NCBI GenBank assembly: GCA_002842855.1
Contig: PHEE01000007.1
Location: forward strand, 1,139-65,138
Direction: 5' to 3'
DNA: 64,000 nt
Source of the DNA: Alphaproteobacteria bacterium HGW-Alphaproteobacteria-4
GTDB lineage: Bacteria > Pseudomonadota > Alphaproteobacteria > Rhodobacterales > Rhodobacteraceae
The translations under genes were made by a program, and so were the position numbers. Below are positions 9,622 to 23,046 of the stretch, piece by piece. Under the pieces are notes generated by a model. The model saw only the letters and a program-made list of their open reading frames with translations, ran no database searches and was not told where the DNA came from. Each line of letters starts with the position of its first letter. Position 1 is the stretch's first letter.

Positions 9622-9969
9622 ATGCATTTGAAACGTTTCAGCGAAGCACAGCCATACGAGGCGCCCAACCATTTCGGCGTCGTCGGCTTGCGCTTGCAGG
9701 GGTTTGAGCCTGACGGGCCGAAAAACCAGTGGGTCGGGCTGTCGCAGTTTTTGCCGGGCGGCGGCGCGGGGCCTGACAGCACCCCCTTTGAAAAGGTCTA
9801 TGTGGTGCTTGAGGGCGAAATGACCGTGATCGTGGACGGCGTCGTAACCGTGCTTGGCCGCTACGACAGCTGCACGATTCCGCCCGGCGAAGTGCGCAAG
9901 ATCGAGAACCGCACTAACCACAGCTGCACCATGCTGGTGGTGATCCCCTACCCGCCGGAGAAGAAATGA
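9622..9969 (+). CDS. Cupin domain protein
   Basis: 115 aa; ATG behind GGGAGG. Small beta-barrel-type sequence, translationally coupled to the next gene. Confidence 0.7.
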   Translation: MHLKRFSEAQPYEAPNHFGVVGLRLQGFEPDGPKNQWVGLSQFLPGGGAGPDSTPFEKVYVVLEGEMTVIVDGVVTVLGRYDSCTIPPGEVRKIENRTNHSCTMLVVIPYPPEKK

Positions 9970-10778
9970 TGGCCACCGCAAACCCTCTTTCAATGTTCGA
10001 TGTCGCGGGCAAGGTGGCGTTGATCACCGGCGCCTCGGGCGCCTTTGGCATGGTCGCGGCGCGGGTGCTGGCGGCGGCGGGCTGCAAGCTGGCTTTGGCT
10101 GCAGGCAAGGCTGATGCGCTGGCCGAGATTGCGGCCGAATGTGCGGGCCTCGGCGCAGAGGTGCTGGCGCTGAACGCCCGGCCCGCGACCGAGGCCGATT
10201 GCGCGCACATGGTGGCGCAGGCGGTGGCGCGGTTCGGGCGGCTCGACATTCTGGTGGTCGCGTCAGGCATGAACAAGGTCGCCAAGATCGACGCGATGCA
10301 GCCTTCGGACTTTACCGCAGTGATGGATGCCAACGTGACGCAAAGCTGGCTGCTGGCGCGCGCCGCGACGGTGCAGATGAAGGCGCAGGCGGCGCATGCC
10401 GATGGCAGCGTCGGCAAGATCGTGCTGGTGTCATCGGCGCGCGGCCTGCTGGGGCACCCGGCGGGCTACACCGCCTACTGCGCTTCAAAATCGGCGGTGG
10501 ATGGCATCACCAAGGCGCTTGGGTGCGAGCTTGGCCCTACTGGCATAACGGTAAACGCGATTGCGCCGACGGTGTTCCGTTCGCCTCTGACCGCGTGGAT
10601 GTATGAAGACACCGAAAACGCGCGCGCGGTGCGCGCGGGGTTTTTGGCGCGGGTGCCAAAGGGGCGGCTGGGCGAGCCTGAAGATCTGGCAGGGCCGCTG
10701 CTGTTTCTGGCCTCGAAAGCGTCGGACTTCTACACCGGGCACATCCTTTATGCCGATGGCGGCTACACGGCGGGGTAG
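9966..10778 (+). CDS. SDR-family oxidoreductase
   Basis: TGASGAFG cofactor motif and the YxxxK catalytic pair (YCASK); 270 aa. Confidence 0.85.
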   Translation: MMATANPLSMFDVAGKVALITGASGAFGMVAARVLAAAGCKLALAAGKADALAEIAAECAGLGAEVLALNARPATEADCAHMVAQAVARFGRLDILVVASGMNKVAKIDAMQPSDFTAVMDANVTQSWLLARAATVQMKAQAAHADGSVGKIVLVSSARGLLGHPAGYTAYCASKSAVDGITKALGCELGPTGITVNAIAPTVFRSPLTAWMYEDTENARAVRAGFLARVPKGRLGEPEDLAGPLLFLASKASDFYTGHILYADGGYTAG

Positions 10779-10783
10779 GAAAA

Positions 10784-11704
10784 ATGGCAATGCGGATCGG
10801 GGTCATCGGCGCCGGGTTGATGGGGCACGGCATCGCGCTGGTGCTGGCACGGGCCGGGCATGACGTGGCGGTGCACGACCCGGTGCCCGCGGCCCGCGCG
10901 GCGCTGCACGCGCGCGTGGCCGAAAGCCTTGCCGCAATGGGCGTGGGGGGGGATGAGGCGGCGCGCGCGCTGGCCCGGATCAGCATAGAGAATACACTGG
11001 CGGGCGCCGTGGCCAACGCTGATGTGGTGTTTGAGGCCGCGCCTGAAAAGCTGGAACTGAAACGCGCGATCTTTGCCGAGATCGAAGCGGCAGCGCCTGC
11101 CAACGCAATTCTGGCTTCGAACACGTCGGTCATGCCGATCACCTTGATCATGCAGGACCTGAAGGCAAGGCATCGTGCCCTTGGCACGCATTGGTGGAAC
11201 CCGCCGCATCTGATCCCGCTGGTCGAGGTGGTTTCGACCGAATGGACCGATGCCGCCAGCGCCGATGCGATGATGGCGCTGCTGGAGGGCGCGGGCAAAA
11301 CCCCGGTGCGGGTGGCCAAGGATGTGCCGGGCTTCATCGGCAACCGCTTGCAGCATGCGCTCTGGCGCGAGGCGATCAGTCTGGTCGAGCGCGGCATCTG
11401 CGACGCCGAGGCGGTTGATACCGTCATCAAGGCCAGTTTCGGGCGCCGCCTGGCGGCGCTCGGACCACTGGAAAACGCCGATCTGGTCGGCACCGACCTC
11501 ACGCTCGACATCCACGAAAACGTGCTCGCCGATCTTGAACACCGCCCCGGCCCCTCGCCCTTTCTGCGCGCGCTGGTGGCCGAGGGGCGGCTGGGTATGA
11601 AATCGGGCGAAGGTTTCCGGCGCTGGACGCCCGAGCAAGCCGCCGCAACCCGTGCCCGCGTGGCGCGGCACCTTACGCGCCTGCCTGACATACTTGATAC
11701 CTGA
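10784..11704 (+). CDS. 3-hydroxyacyl-CoA dehydrogenase family protein (L-carnitine-DH-like size class)
   Basis: N-terminal IGVIGAGLMGHGIA Rossmann motif plus the C-terminal 3HCDH domain; 306 aa. Confidence 0.8.
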   Translation: MAMRIGVIGAGLMGHGIALVLARAGHDVAVHDPVPAARAALHARVAESLAAMGVGGDEAARALARISIENTLAGAVANADVVFEAAPEKLELKRAIFAEIEAAAPANAILASNTSVMPITLIMQDLKARHRALGTHWWNPPHLIPLVEVVSTEWTDAASADAMMALLEGAGKTPVRVAKDVPGFIGNRLQHALWREAISLVERGICDAEAVDTVIKASFGRRLAALGPLENADLVGTDLTLDIHENVLADLEHRPGPSPFLRALVAEGRLGMKSGEGFRRWTPEQAAATRARVARHLTRLPDILDT

Positions 11705-11762
11705 ACCGCCGCACCGGCAAAGCCGGGCGGTCACGGCCAACGTGCCATCAAGGGAGGATACC

Positions 11763-13034
11763 ATGAAACACCTGCATCCCAACCGCCGCCGTTTTCTGGC
11801 CGGAACCTCGGCCTTGCTTGCGGCCCCCGCCCTGCTGCGCGCCACCCGCGCCTATGCGCAGATGCCGAAACTGCGCGTGGGCCATGTCAGCCCGCGCACC
11901 GGCCCGCTGGCCGGTTTTGCCGAGGCCGACGACCATGTGTTGCAAGCGATTACCGAGCGTTTCGCTGGCGGCATCAGCAACAACGGCAAGACCTGGGCGG
12001 TCGAGATCATCTCGAAAGACAGCCAGTCGAACCCGAACCGCGCCGCCGAAGTTGCCGCCGACCTGATCTTGCGCGACGAGGTTGACATCATCGTGGCCGC
12101 CTCGACACCCGACACCGTGAACCCGGTCTCCGATCAGGCCGAAATCAACGAGGTACCCTGCATCACCACCGATTGCCCCTGGCAGCCCTATTTCTTTGGT
12201 CGCGGCGGCAACCCGGCGCAGGGGTTCGATTTCACCTACCACTTCTTCTGGGGGCTGGAGGATGTGATCGGCGCGTTCCTGGATATGTGGGGGCAGACCG
12301 GCGTGGCGAAGGTGGTGGGGGGCCTGTTCCCCAACGATGCCGATGGCAATGCCTGGGGCGACGCCGAGCTAGGCCTGCCCAAGCCCTTGGCGGCGGCGGG
12401 TTATGCGCTGACCGATCCGGGGCGCTACCAGCCCTTGTCGGACGACTTTTCCAACCAGATCGCCGCCTTCAAGGCGGCGGGTTGCGAGATCGTTACCGGC
12501 AACATGATCCCGCCCGATTTCGCGACCTTCTGGGCGCAGGCGGCACAACAGGGTTTCGCACCCAAGGTGGTGACCATCGGCAAGGCGCTGCTGTTCCCCT
12601 CGGTAATCGAAAGCCTCGGGGCGCGCGGCAACGGGCTGAGCTCCGAGGTCTGGTGGTCGCCTTCGCACCCCTTCGCCTCGTCATTGACCGGCGCCACCTC
12701 GAAAGCGCTGGCCGATGGTTACAGCGCCGCGACAGGTCGGCCCTGGACGCAGCCGATCGGCTTCAAGCACGCGCTGTTTGAGGTGGTGGCCGATGTGATC
12801 GGCCGCGCCGCCGACCTTGAGGATGCCGCCGCCATCGTCTCGGCTATTGCCGCCACCAACATGACCACCATCGTCGGCCCGGTGAACTGGGCGGTGGGGC
12901 CGGTGAAGAACGTCACCAAGACGCCGCTGGTAGCGGGGCAGTGGCAGCGTGAAGGCAACAGGTTCGACCTCAAGATCGTGGCCAATTCCGCGCAGCCTGA
13001 AATTCCGCTGACCGGCGCCATGCAACTTCTGTAA
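11763..13034 (+). CDS. ABC transporter substrate-binding protein (Liv/branched-chain amino-acid type) with Tat-like signal
   Basis: ATG 11763 behind GGGAGG. Signal NRRRFLAGTSALLAAPALLRATRAYA. Followed by two ATPase and two permease genes. Confidence 0.85.
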   Translation: MKHLHPNRRRFLAGTSALLAAPALLRATRAYAQMPKLRVGHVSPRTGPLAGFAEADDHVLQAITERFAGGISNNGKTWAVEIISKDSQSNPNRAAEVAADLILRDEVDIIVAASTPDTVNPVSDQAEINEVPCITTDCPWQPYFFGRGGNPAQGFDFTYHFFWGLEDVIGAFLDMWGQTGVAKVVGGLFPNDADGNAWGDAELGLPKPLAAAGYALTDPGRYQPLSDDFSNQIAAFKAAGCEIVTGNMIPPDFATFWAQAAQQGFAPKVVTIGKALLFPSVIESLGARGNGLSSEVWWSPSHPFASSLTGATSKALADGYSAATGRPWTQPIGFKHALFEVVADVIGRAADLEDAAAIVSAIAATNMTTIVGPVNWAVGPVKNVTKTPLVAGQWQREGNRFDLKIVANSAQPEIPLTGAMQLL

Positions 13035-13042
13035 CGCCATCC

Positions 13043-13068
13043 GGCCCGCGCCCCAACCGGCGCGGGCC
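13043..13068 (+). other. GC stem-loop directly after the binding-protein gene (intra-operon attenuator or stabiliser)
   Basis: GGCCCGCGCC-CCAACC-GGCGCGGGCC, 10-bp perfect stem, 8 nt after the stop, followed by only TT. Confidence 0.5.
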
Positions 13069-13084
13069 TTGCCGGGAGGGGCGC

Positions 13085-13813
13085 TTGGGCGAATTGCTGA
13101 AACTTGAGGCGGTCCGCCGCGCGTATGGTGCCGTGGTGGTGGCCGATGCGCAAAGCTGGTCGCTGGCTGAGGGCGAGGCGCTCGGCGTGATCGGGCCGAA
13201 CGGCGCGGGCAAGACTTCGATGTTCAACCTGATCACCGGCACGCTTAACCCGCAGTCGGGCCGCATCTATTTTGCCGGGCAGGATATTACCGATTGGCCT
13301 GCGGCGCGGCGCTGCCGGGCGGGCATGGCGCGCAGCTTTCAGGTGCCGCAGCCGTTCGGCGGCATGACGGTTTATGAAAACGCGCTTGTCGCCGCCACGC
13401 AAGGCGCGGGTGCGCGTGGTGCGCGGGCCGAGGCGATCTGCCTTGATGTGCTGGCGCGCACCGGGCTGATGCCCAAGGCCAACGCACGCGCCGGCAGCCT
13501 GACGTTGCTGGAGCGCAAGCGGCTTGAACTTGCGCGCGCGCTTTGCACGCAGCCAAGGCTGTTGCTGCTCGATGAAATCGCCGGCGGGCTGACCGATGGC
13601 GAGTGTCATTCGCTGGTGCAGACCATTCGCGATGTGCGCGCAACCGGGGTTTCGATCATCTGGATCGAGCATGTGGTGCATGCGCTGCTGGCGGTGGTTG
13701 ACCGGCTGATCGTGGTTGATTTCGGGCGCCTCATTGCCGACGGTGCGCCGCAGGCGATCATGGCCAGCCGCGAAGTGCGCGAGATCTATCTGGGGCTCGA
13801 TGCCGATGTCTGA
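13085..13813 (+). CDS. ABC transporter ATP-binding protein (LivG-like)
   Basis: TTG start; Walker A GPNGAGKT, signature and Walker B LLLLDE. Confidence 0.85.
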   Translation: MGELLKLEAVRRAYGAVVVADAQSWSLAEGEALGVIGPNGAGKTSMFNLITGTLNPQSGRIYFAGQDITDWPAARRCRAGMARSFQVPQPFGGMTVYENALVAATQGAGARGARAEAICLDVLARTGLMPKANARAGSLTLLERKRLELARALCTQPRLLLLDEIAGGLTDGECHSLVQTIRDVRATGVSIIWIEHVVHALLAVVDRLIVVDFGRLIADGAPQAIMASREVREIYLGLDADV

Positions 13814-14510
13814 GCCGATCCTTGCCATCAGCGGGCTTGATGCGCATTACGGCGATTTTCAGGCGCTTTTCGGAGTGTCGTTGACCGTGGAGCCGGGCGA
13901 GGTGCTGGCGATCATCGGCGCCAACGGCGCGGGCAAAAGCACGCTGATGCGCTCGATCTGCGGGCTGATCCGAAATGCGCCGGGGGCGATACGGTTTCGG
14001 GGTGAAGCCATTGGCGGTTTGCGCGCCGATCAGGTGGCGGCGCGCGGAATTGCGCTGGTGCCCGAGGGGCGGCTGCTGTTTGCCTCGCTCAGCGTTGAAG
14101 AAAACCTGATCATCGGCGGCCAGATGGGGCGGCCGGGCCCGTGGTCGCTGGCGCGCATATATGAACTCTTCCCGATCTTGCGCGAGCGGCGCCGCGTGCC
14201 CGCAACCGAACTTTCGGGTGGCCAGCAACAGATGGTGGCAATCGGTCGGGCGCTGATGGCCAACCCCGGGCTGCTGTTGCTCGATGAAATCAGCCTTGGC
14301 CTTGCGCCGGTGGTCATCAAGGCAATCTACGAAGCGCTGCCGGGCATTGTCGGTGGCGGCATGGCCGCAGTGATCGTCGAGCAGGATATTGCCCGCGCGC
14401 TTTCGGTCTCGGCCCGTGTCTATTGCCTGCAAGAGGGCCATGTGGCGCTGGCGGGCAATTCCGGCGATGTCACCCGCGAGGCGATTGCCGCCGCCTATTT
14501 CGGAATGTGA
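13806..14510 (+). CDS. ABC transporter ATP-binding protein (LivF-like)
   Basis: ATG 13806 overlaps the upstream stop; Walker A GANGAGKS, LSGGQQQ signature. Confidence 0.85.
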   Translation: MSEPILAISGLDAHYGDFQALFGVSLTVEPGEVLAIIGANGAGKSTLMRSICGLIRNAPGAIRFRGEAIGGLRADQVAARGIALVPEGRLLFASLSVEENLIIGGQMGRPGPWSLARIYELFPILRERRRVPATELSGGQQQMVAIGRALMANPGLLLLDEISLGLAPVVIKAIYEALPGIVGGGMAAVIVEQDIARALSVSARVYCLQEGHVALAGNSGDVTREAIAAAYFGM

Positions 14511-14516
14511 GGGGCA

Positions 14517-15380
14517 ATGGACTGGATCAATGCCATCGTGCAGGGCACCTTGCTGGGCGGGCTTTATGCGCTGTTCGCGGCCGGGCTGAGCCTGATCTTC
14601 GGGGTGATGCGGCTGGTCAACATCGCGCATGGCGACCTGATCGTGCTGGCGGCCTATCTGGGGCTGACGCTGTCAACCGCGCTGGGTATTCATCCGCTGC
14701 TGGCGCTGGGGCTGGTGGTGCCGATCATGGCGTTGCTTGGCTATGCCCTGCAACGCGGCATTCTGAACCACACGCTGGGCGACGATATCCTGCCGCCGCT
14801 GCTGGTCACCTTCGGGCTGTCGGTGATCTTGCAAAATGGCCTGCTTGAAATCTACTCGGCAGACCCACAAAAGCTGCAGGCAGGGGCGATTGAAACCGCC
14901 AGCCTGCGATTGGGCGAACTCGCGCTGGGCTATCTGCCGCTGTTGATGTTTGCCGCCTCGGTCGCGATCATCGCGGCGCTGCAATGGATGTTTTACCACA
15001 CTGCCCTGGGCCGGGCCTTTCGCGCCACTTCCGACCGGCAGGATGTGGCGCAGCTGATGGGGCTGAACCGTGCCCATGTGTTCGGCCTCGCAATGGCGCT
15101 GGCGCTGGCGGTAACGGCGGTGGCGGGGGTGTTTTTGGGCATCCGCACCTCGTTTGACCCATCGATTGGCGGCGGGCGGCTGATCTTTGGCTTCGAGGCG
15201 GTTATTATCGGCGGCCTGGGCAACATCTGGGGCACGCTGGCGGGCGGGGTGATCCTTGGTATCGGCCAAAGTCTGGGGGCGCAGATCAACCCCGGCTGGC
15301 AGGTGCTGGCGGGGCATCTGGTGTTTCTGGCCATCATCGCAATTCGCCCGCGCGGCCTGTTCCCGAGGATGGACGGATGA
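14517..15380 (+). CDS. Branched-chain amino-acid ABC transporter permease (LivH-like)
   Basis: 287-aa polytopic membrane protein in operon context. Confidence 0.85.
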   Translation: MDWINAIVQGTLLGGLYALFAAGLSLIFGVMRLVNIAHGDLIVLAAYLGLTLSTALGIHPLLALGLVVPIMALLGYALQRGILNHTLGDDILPPLLVTFGLSVILQNGLLEIYSADPQKLQAGAIETASLRLGELALGYLPLLMFAASVAIIAALQWMFYHTALGRAFRATSDRQDVAQLMGLNRAHVFGLAMALALAVTAVAGVFLGIRTSFDPSIGGGRLIFGFEAVIIGGLGNIWGTLAGGVILGIGQSLGAQINPGWQVLAGHLVFLAIIAIRPRGLFPRMDG

Positions 15381-16411
15381 GCCAGCGCGTCACCCGGTCT
15401 TCGCGCCTGTCGCAAGGGGCCGCCGTTCTTGGGCTGCTGGTGCTGATCTTGCTGGCCGCCGCACCCTGGTGGGCGGGGCGCGCCGACATGCGGCTGATGG
15501 GCGAGATCTTCCTCTATCTGTCACTGGCGACACTGTGGAACCTGCTGGCGGGTTATGCGGGCCTCGTGTCAGTGGGGCAGCAGGCCTATGTCGGGCTGGG
15601 CGGTTATGCGCTTTTCGCCCTGACAATATTGGCGGGGGTGCCGGCGCTTTGGGCAATTCCGCTGGCGGGGCTGCTCGGGGCGCTGGTGGCGGTGCCGGTG
15701 GCGGCGCTGATATTCCGGCTTCGCGGTGCCTATTTCGCCATCGGCACCTGGGTGATTGCCGAGGTGTTTCGCCTCGGCGCAGCACAGGTTTCGGCACTCG
15801 GCGGCGGCTCGGGCACCAGTCTGCCCGCCGATGTGGTGCGTGCCATGGCATCGGGGCGCGATGCGCGCGAGGCGCTGGCCTATTGGCTGGCGCTTGGGGT
15901 GGCGATGGCGGTGATCGGCCTTGCGTTCGCCATCCTGCGGTCGCGCCTCGGGCTTGCTCTCATGGCGCTGCGCGATAACGAGCTGGCGGCGCGCAGCCTT
16001 GGCATCAACATCTGGCGCACCAAGTTCATCGTCTATGTCGCCACCGCCGGGCTGACCACGCTGATCGGTGCGCTGATCTTTGTGCAAAAGCTGCGCATCT
16101 CGCCTGACGCCGGGTTTTCGGTGAATGACTGGACCGCGTTCGTCATCTTCATTGTGGTGATAGGCGGCATCGGCACGCTGGAAGGGCCGATCATCGGCAC
16201 GTTGGTGTTTTTCGCGCTGCGCGAAACGATGGCCGATATGGGCAGCGTCTACCTTATCGCGCTCGGGGTGGTGGCAATCGTGGTCATGCTGCGCGCGCCA
16301 GCGGGCATCTGGGGCCTGATCCGGGCGCGCACCGGGGCCGAGCTTTTCCCAATAAGCCACCGGGTTCGGGGCACAACAACCAAGGAGACCGCTGATGGCA
16401 AGAAAGCCTAA
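15377..16411 (+). CDS. Branched-chain amino-acid ABC transporter permease (LivM-like)
   Basis: 344-aa polytopic membrane protein; the start overlaps the upstream stop. Confidence 0.85.
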   Translation: MSQRVTRSSRLSQGAAVLGLLVLILLAAAPWWAGRADMRLMGEIFLYLSLATLWNLLAGYAGLVSVGQQAYVGLGGYALFALTILAGVPALWAIPLAGLLGALVAVPVAALIFRLRGAYFAIGTWVIAEVFRLGAAQVSALGGGSGTSLPADVVRAMASGRDAREALAYWLALGVAMAVIGLAFAILRSRLGLALMALRDNELAARSLGINIWRTKFIVYVATAGLTTLIGALIFVQKLRISPDAGFSVNDWTAFVIFIVVIGGIGTLEGPIIGTLVFFALRETMADMGSVYLIALGVVAIVVMLRAPAGIWGLIRARTGAELFPISHRVRGTTTKETADGKKA

Positions 16412-17248
16412 GACGATCATCACCTGCGCCATCACCGGCGCGATCCATACACCAACGATGTCGGATGCGCTGCCTTATACGCCCGACGACATCGCAGCGC
16501 AGGCGATTGCGGCGGCCGAGGCGGGGGCGGCGATCTTGCACCTGCACGCGCGCCGCCCGGCCGATGGCGGGGTCTCGATCAACCCCGATGATTTCGCGGC
16601 TTTTCTGCCGCGTGTGAAACAGGCGACGGGGGCGGTGGTCAACATCTCGACCGGTGGCAGCCTGAAGAACACCATCGAGGAGCGGATCGCCCCGGCGCTG
16701 CGCTTTTCGCCCGAGATGTGCAGCCTCAACATGGGCTCGATCAATTTTTCCTTCCACCCGCTGGCCAAGCGCTATGACACCTGGAAGTTCGACTGGGAAA
16801 AGGACTATGTCGAAAACTCGGACACCTACATTTTCCGCAACACCTTCCGCGATATCGGCACCGTGGCCGCGGCACTCGGCCCGCATGACATCAAGTTCGA
16901 GCATGAATGCTACGATGTCGGGCACCTCTACAACCTGCGTTTCTGCATGGATATCGGGCTGTTCAAGGCGCCCATCTTCATTCAGTTCGTGTTCGGCATT
17001 CTGGGCGGCATCGGCCCCGAGGTCGACAACCTCGTGTTCATGAAGCGCACCGCCGACCGGTTGTTTGGCGATGATTACCGCTGGTCGGTGCTGGGTGCGG
17101 GTGGCGCGCAGATGGGTTGGCGCCCAACAATGCCGCGCAAGTCGCCAAGATCCGCCGGATCATCGAAGACCTGGGCTGTGAGGTGGCCAGCCCCGATGAA
17201 GCCCGCGAAATTCTAGGGCTGAAGGGGGCAGACAGGGTTTCGTTCTAA
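16395..17248 (+). pseudogene. 3-keto-5-aminohexanoate cleavage enzyme family (BKACE/DUF849) gene with internal deletion and frameshift
   Basis: The N-terminal 240 aa are BKACE-like (TCAITGA, ILHLHAR His-x-His). After ...GAGGAQMG (about 17115) the frame yields junk. The conserved C-terminus LAPNNAAQVAKIRRIIEDLGCEVASPDEAREILGLKGADRVSF-stop continues in another frame (17117..17248). The (V/I)RVGLED segment expected between the two parts is absent. Confidence 0.8.
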
Positions 17249-17370
17249 GGTCGGCCCTCGCGGCGAGCCTACTCGCGTAGCCCGCGCGTTGGGGCGATAG
17301 CGCTGCCCGTCCATTGTGGCCAAATCGGATGAAGTGTGGCATGCTCCGAACAGATTTCCCGGGGCCCAGC

Positions 17371-18069
17371 ATGAAACCCGAATTTATTGAAACGGCGCGT
17401 CGTTCCATTCTGCTTTCCACGGTCCCCGAGCCTGTGCTCGGGCATGTGCTGGGGGCGGCGCAGCAGCGCGAGTATGACCGCGGCGAAACGATTTTCTTGC
17501 AGGGTGAAAGAGCCGAAGCCATCTACATTGTCGCCTCCGGCTGGGTAAAACTGTTCCGTGTCTCGCCGAATGGTGCCGAGGCGGTGGTGAGCATTTTCTC
17601 CAAGGGTCACAGTTTTGGCGAGGCGGTGGCATTCCAGCGCGGGTATTACCCGGTTGCCGCGCAGGCAGTCACGAAATGCTCGCTGATCCGGATCAACGCC
17701 GATATCTTCTTGCGGCTGATCCATGAAAGCCCCGAAATCGCCATTTCGATGTTGTCGGCGGCGTATCGACATTTGCAGCAGCACGTCATCCAGATCGAGG
17801 CGCTGAAAGCGCAGACCGGCGCGCAGCGGGTGGCGGAGTTTCTGCTGGAACTGGCGCCCTGCGCAGCCGGCGCCTGCGAAGTGACTTTTCCCTACGACAA
17901 GGCGCTGATTGCCGGCAGTCTCGGGATGAAGCCGGAAAGCCTGAGCCGGGCATTTGCCAAGCTGCGCGATCAGGGCGTAAAGGTCCGGCAAAATCAGGCC
18001 GCAATCGCCGATATCTCGGCGCTGCGCGATTTTGCCGCCGAAGACCCCGCCACTGCGTGGAGCCGCTGA
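17371..18069 (+). CDS. nnrR: Crp/Fnr-family regulator, NNR/NnrR type (NO-responsive denitrification activator)
   Basis: cNMP-binding-like domain plus C-terminal HTH (SLGMKPESLSRAFAKLRDQGV). No N-terminal Cys cluster, so not FnrL-type. Adjacent to nirS/nor. The start could also be ATG 17341. Confidence 0.8.
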   Translation: MKPEFIETARRSILLSTVPEPVLGHVLGAAQQREYDRGETIFLQGERAEAIYIVASGWVKLFRVSPNGAEAVVSIFSKGHSFGEAVAFQRGYYPVAAQAVTKCSLIRINADIFLRLIHESPEIAISMLSAAYRHLQQHVIQIEALKAQTGAQRVAEFLLELAPCAAGACEVTFPYDKALIAGSLGMKPESLSRAFAKLRDQGVKVRQNQAAIADISALRDFAAEDPATAWSR

Positions 18070-18114
18070 GGCTGCACCCGCACCCATCTGAATGGAGTGT
18101 CAAAAACGCCGCCG

Positions 18115-18384
18115 CTACGCCTCGGCACTGTCGATCAGGTGCCGCACCCATCGCGCGGCGGCCCAGGTTGCGGGCAGTCCGAGCGGGAGCGAAGCCCAAA
18201 GCGCGGTATAGGGCGAGAGCGCCCCGAACCCCACCGCTTGCCACAGCAGCCCGAGCATGAACAGGTTGATCGCCACCGCTGCCGCAGCGAAGGGATAAAG
18301 CAGCAGGCCCAGTTTCCAGACTGGCCAGCGCCCGTCTTGCGCACCGCCCGGTTCTTTCTGTGTGCCATTTTTGGGCTGGGTCAT
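18115..18384 (-). CDS. Small hypothetical membrane protein (89 aa, two predicted TM helices)
   Basis: ATG-initiated ORF downstream of nirS. Hydrophobic stretches LGLLLYPFAAAAVAINLFMLGLLW and ALWASLPLGLPATWAAA. I recognise no family. Confidence 0.45.
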   Translation of the reverse strand: MTQPKNGTQKEPGGAQDGRWPVWKLGLLLYPFAAAAVAINLFMLGLLWQAVGFGALSPYTALWASLPLGLPATWAAARWVRHLIDSAEA

Positions 18385-18439
18385 CGCAATCTCATGGGGC
18401 AGGCGAGGGGCAAATCAGCCGGGCGGTTGCCGAAAGAAC

Positions 18440-18463
18440 GGGGGGGCCGCGAACGGCCCCCCC
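18440..18463 (-). terminator. Intrinsic terminator of nirS
   Basis: GGGGGGGCCG-CGAA-CGGCCCCCCC hairpin 18 nt after the nirS stop, followed on the minus strand by GUUCUUUCG. Confidence 0.7.
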
Positions 18464-18480
18464 AGCACCATTGCACGCGA

Positions 18481-20370
<1,890 letters not shown>

Positions 20371-20379
20371 TCAATGCGT

Positions 20380-20393
20380 TTGACTTTTGTTAA
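20380..20393. promoter_or_regulatory. NNR/FNR-type box TTGAC-TTTT-GTTAA upstream of norC
   Basis: Centre is 73.5 bp upstream of the norC ATG. It overlaps a further inverted repeat GTCAA-N5-TTGAC (20370-20384). Confidence 0.65.
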
Positions 20394-20459
20394 GGCGGCC
20401 CCGGCGCCCCACGTTCACAACGCGGTTACTGTTAACCGCTCCGGGAAGGGACCAGCGCC

Positions 20460-20912
20460 ATGCGCGACGTCATGACCAAGAGCATGGCCCGGAACGTGTT
20501 CTATGGCGGGTCATTGTTCTTCATTCTGATCTTCATCGCTTTGGCGGTGCAGAGCCACCGCTATATTCTTTCCACCTCGACCAACGCCGCAACGCTGACA
20601 TCCAGCGTTGTTGCGGGCAAGCGCCTTTGGGAAGAAAAAGCCTGCGTCAACTGCCATACGATTCTGGGCGAGGGCGCCTATTTTGCCCCCGAACTGGGCA
20701 ACGTGATGACCCGCTGGGGCGTTGCCGGCGACCCTGCCGCCGCAGCCGATACGCTCAAGGGCTGGATGGATGCCATGCCCACCGGCATCGCGGGCCGCAG
20801 GCAGATGCCGCAATTCAACCTGACCGATGCTGAATACCGTGAACTGGCGGACTTCCTGCTGTGGACCAACACGATCCGCACGCAGAGCTGGCCACCGAAC
20901 GACGCGGGCTGA
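20460..20912 (+). CDS. norC: Nitric oxide reductase subunit C (membrane-anchored cytochrome c)
   Basis: 150 aa, MRDVMTKSMARNVFYGGSLFFILIF..., heme motif CVNCH. Near-colinear with Paracoccus NorC. Confidence 0.95.
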   Translation: MRDVMTKSMARNVFYGGSLFFILIFIALAVQSHRYILSTSTNAATLTSSVVAGKRLWEEKACVNCHTILGEGAYFAPELGNVMTRWGVAGDPAAAADTLKGWMDAMPTGIAGRRQMPQFNLTDAEYRELADFLLWTNTIRTQSWPPNDAG

Positions 20913-23041
<2,129 letters not shown>

Positions 23042-23046
23042 AGCCG

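Noticed and set aside
17341-17370. Longer N-termini suggested by the ORF track for many genes (for example nnrR from 17314, nirS from 20334, prfC from 42421, xthA from 38400, the SDR from 43985)
   Set aside because: The extensions are Arg/Pro-rich, lack homology and precede internal starts that have good Shine-Dalgarno spacing and match family N-termini. Trimmed coordinates are used instead.
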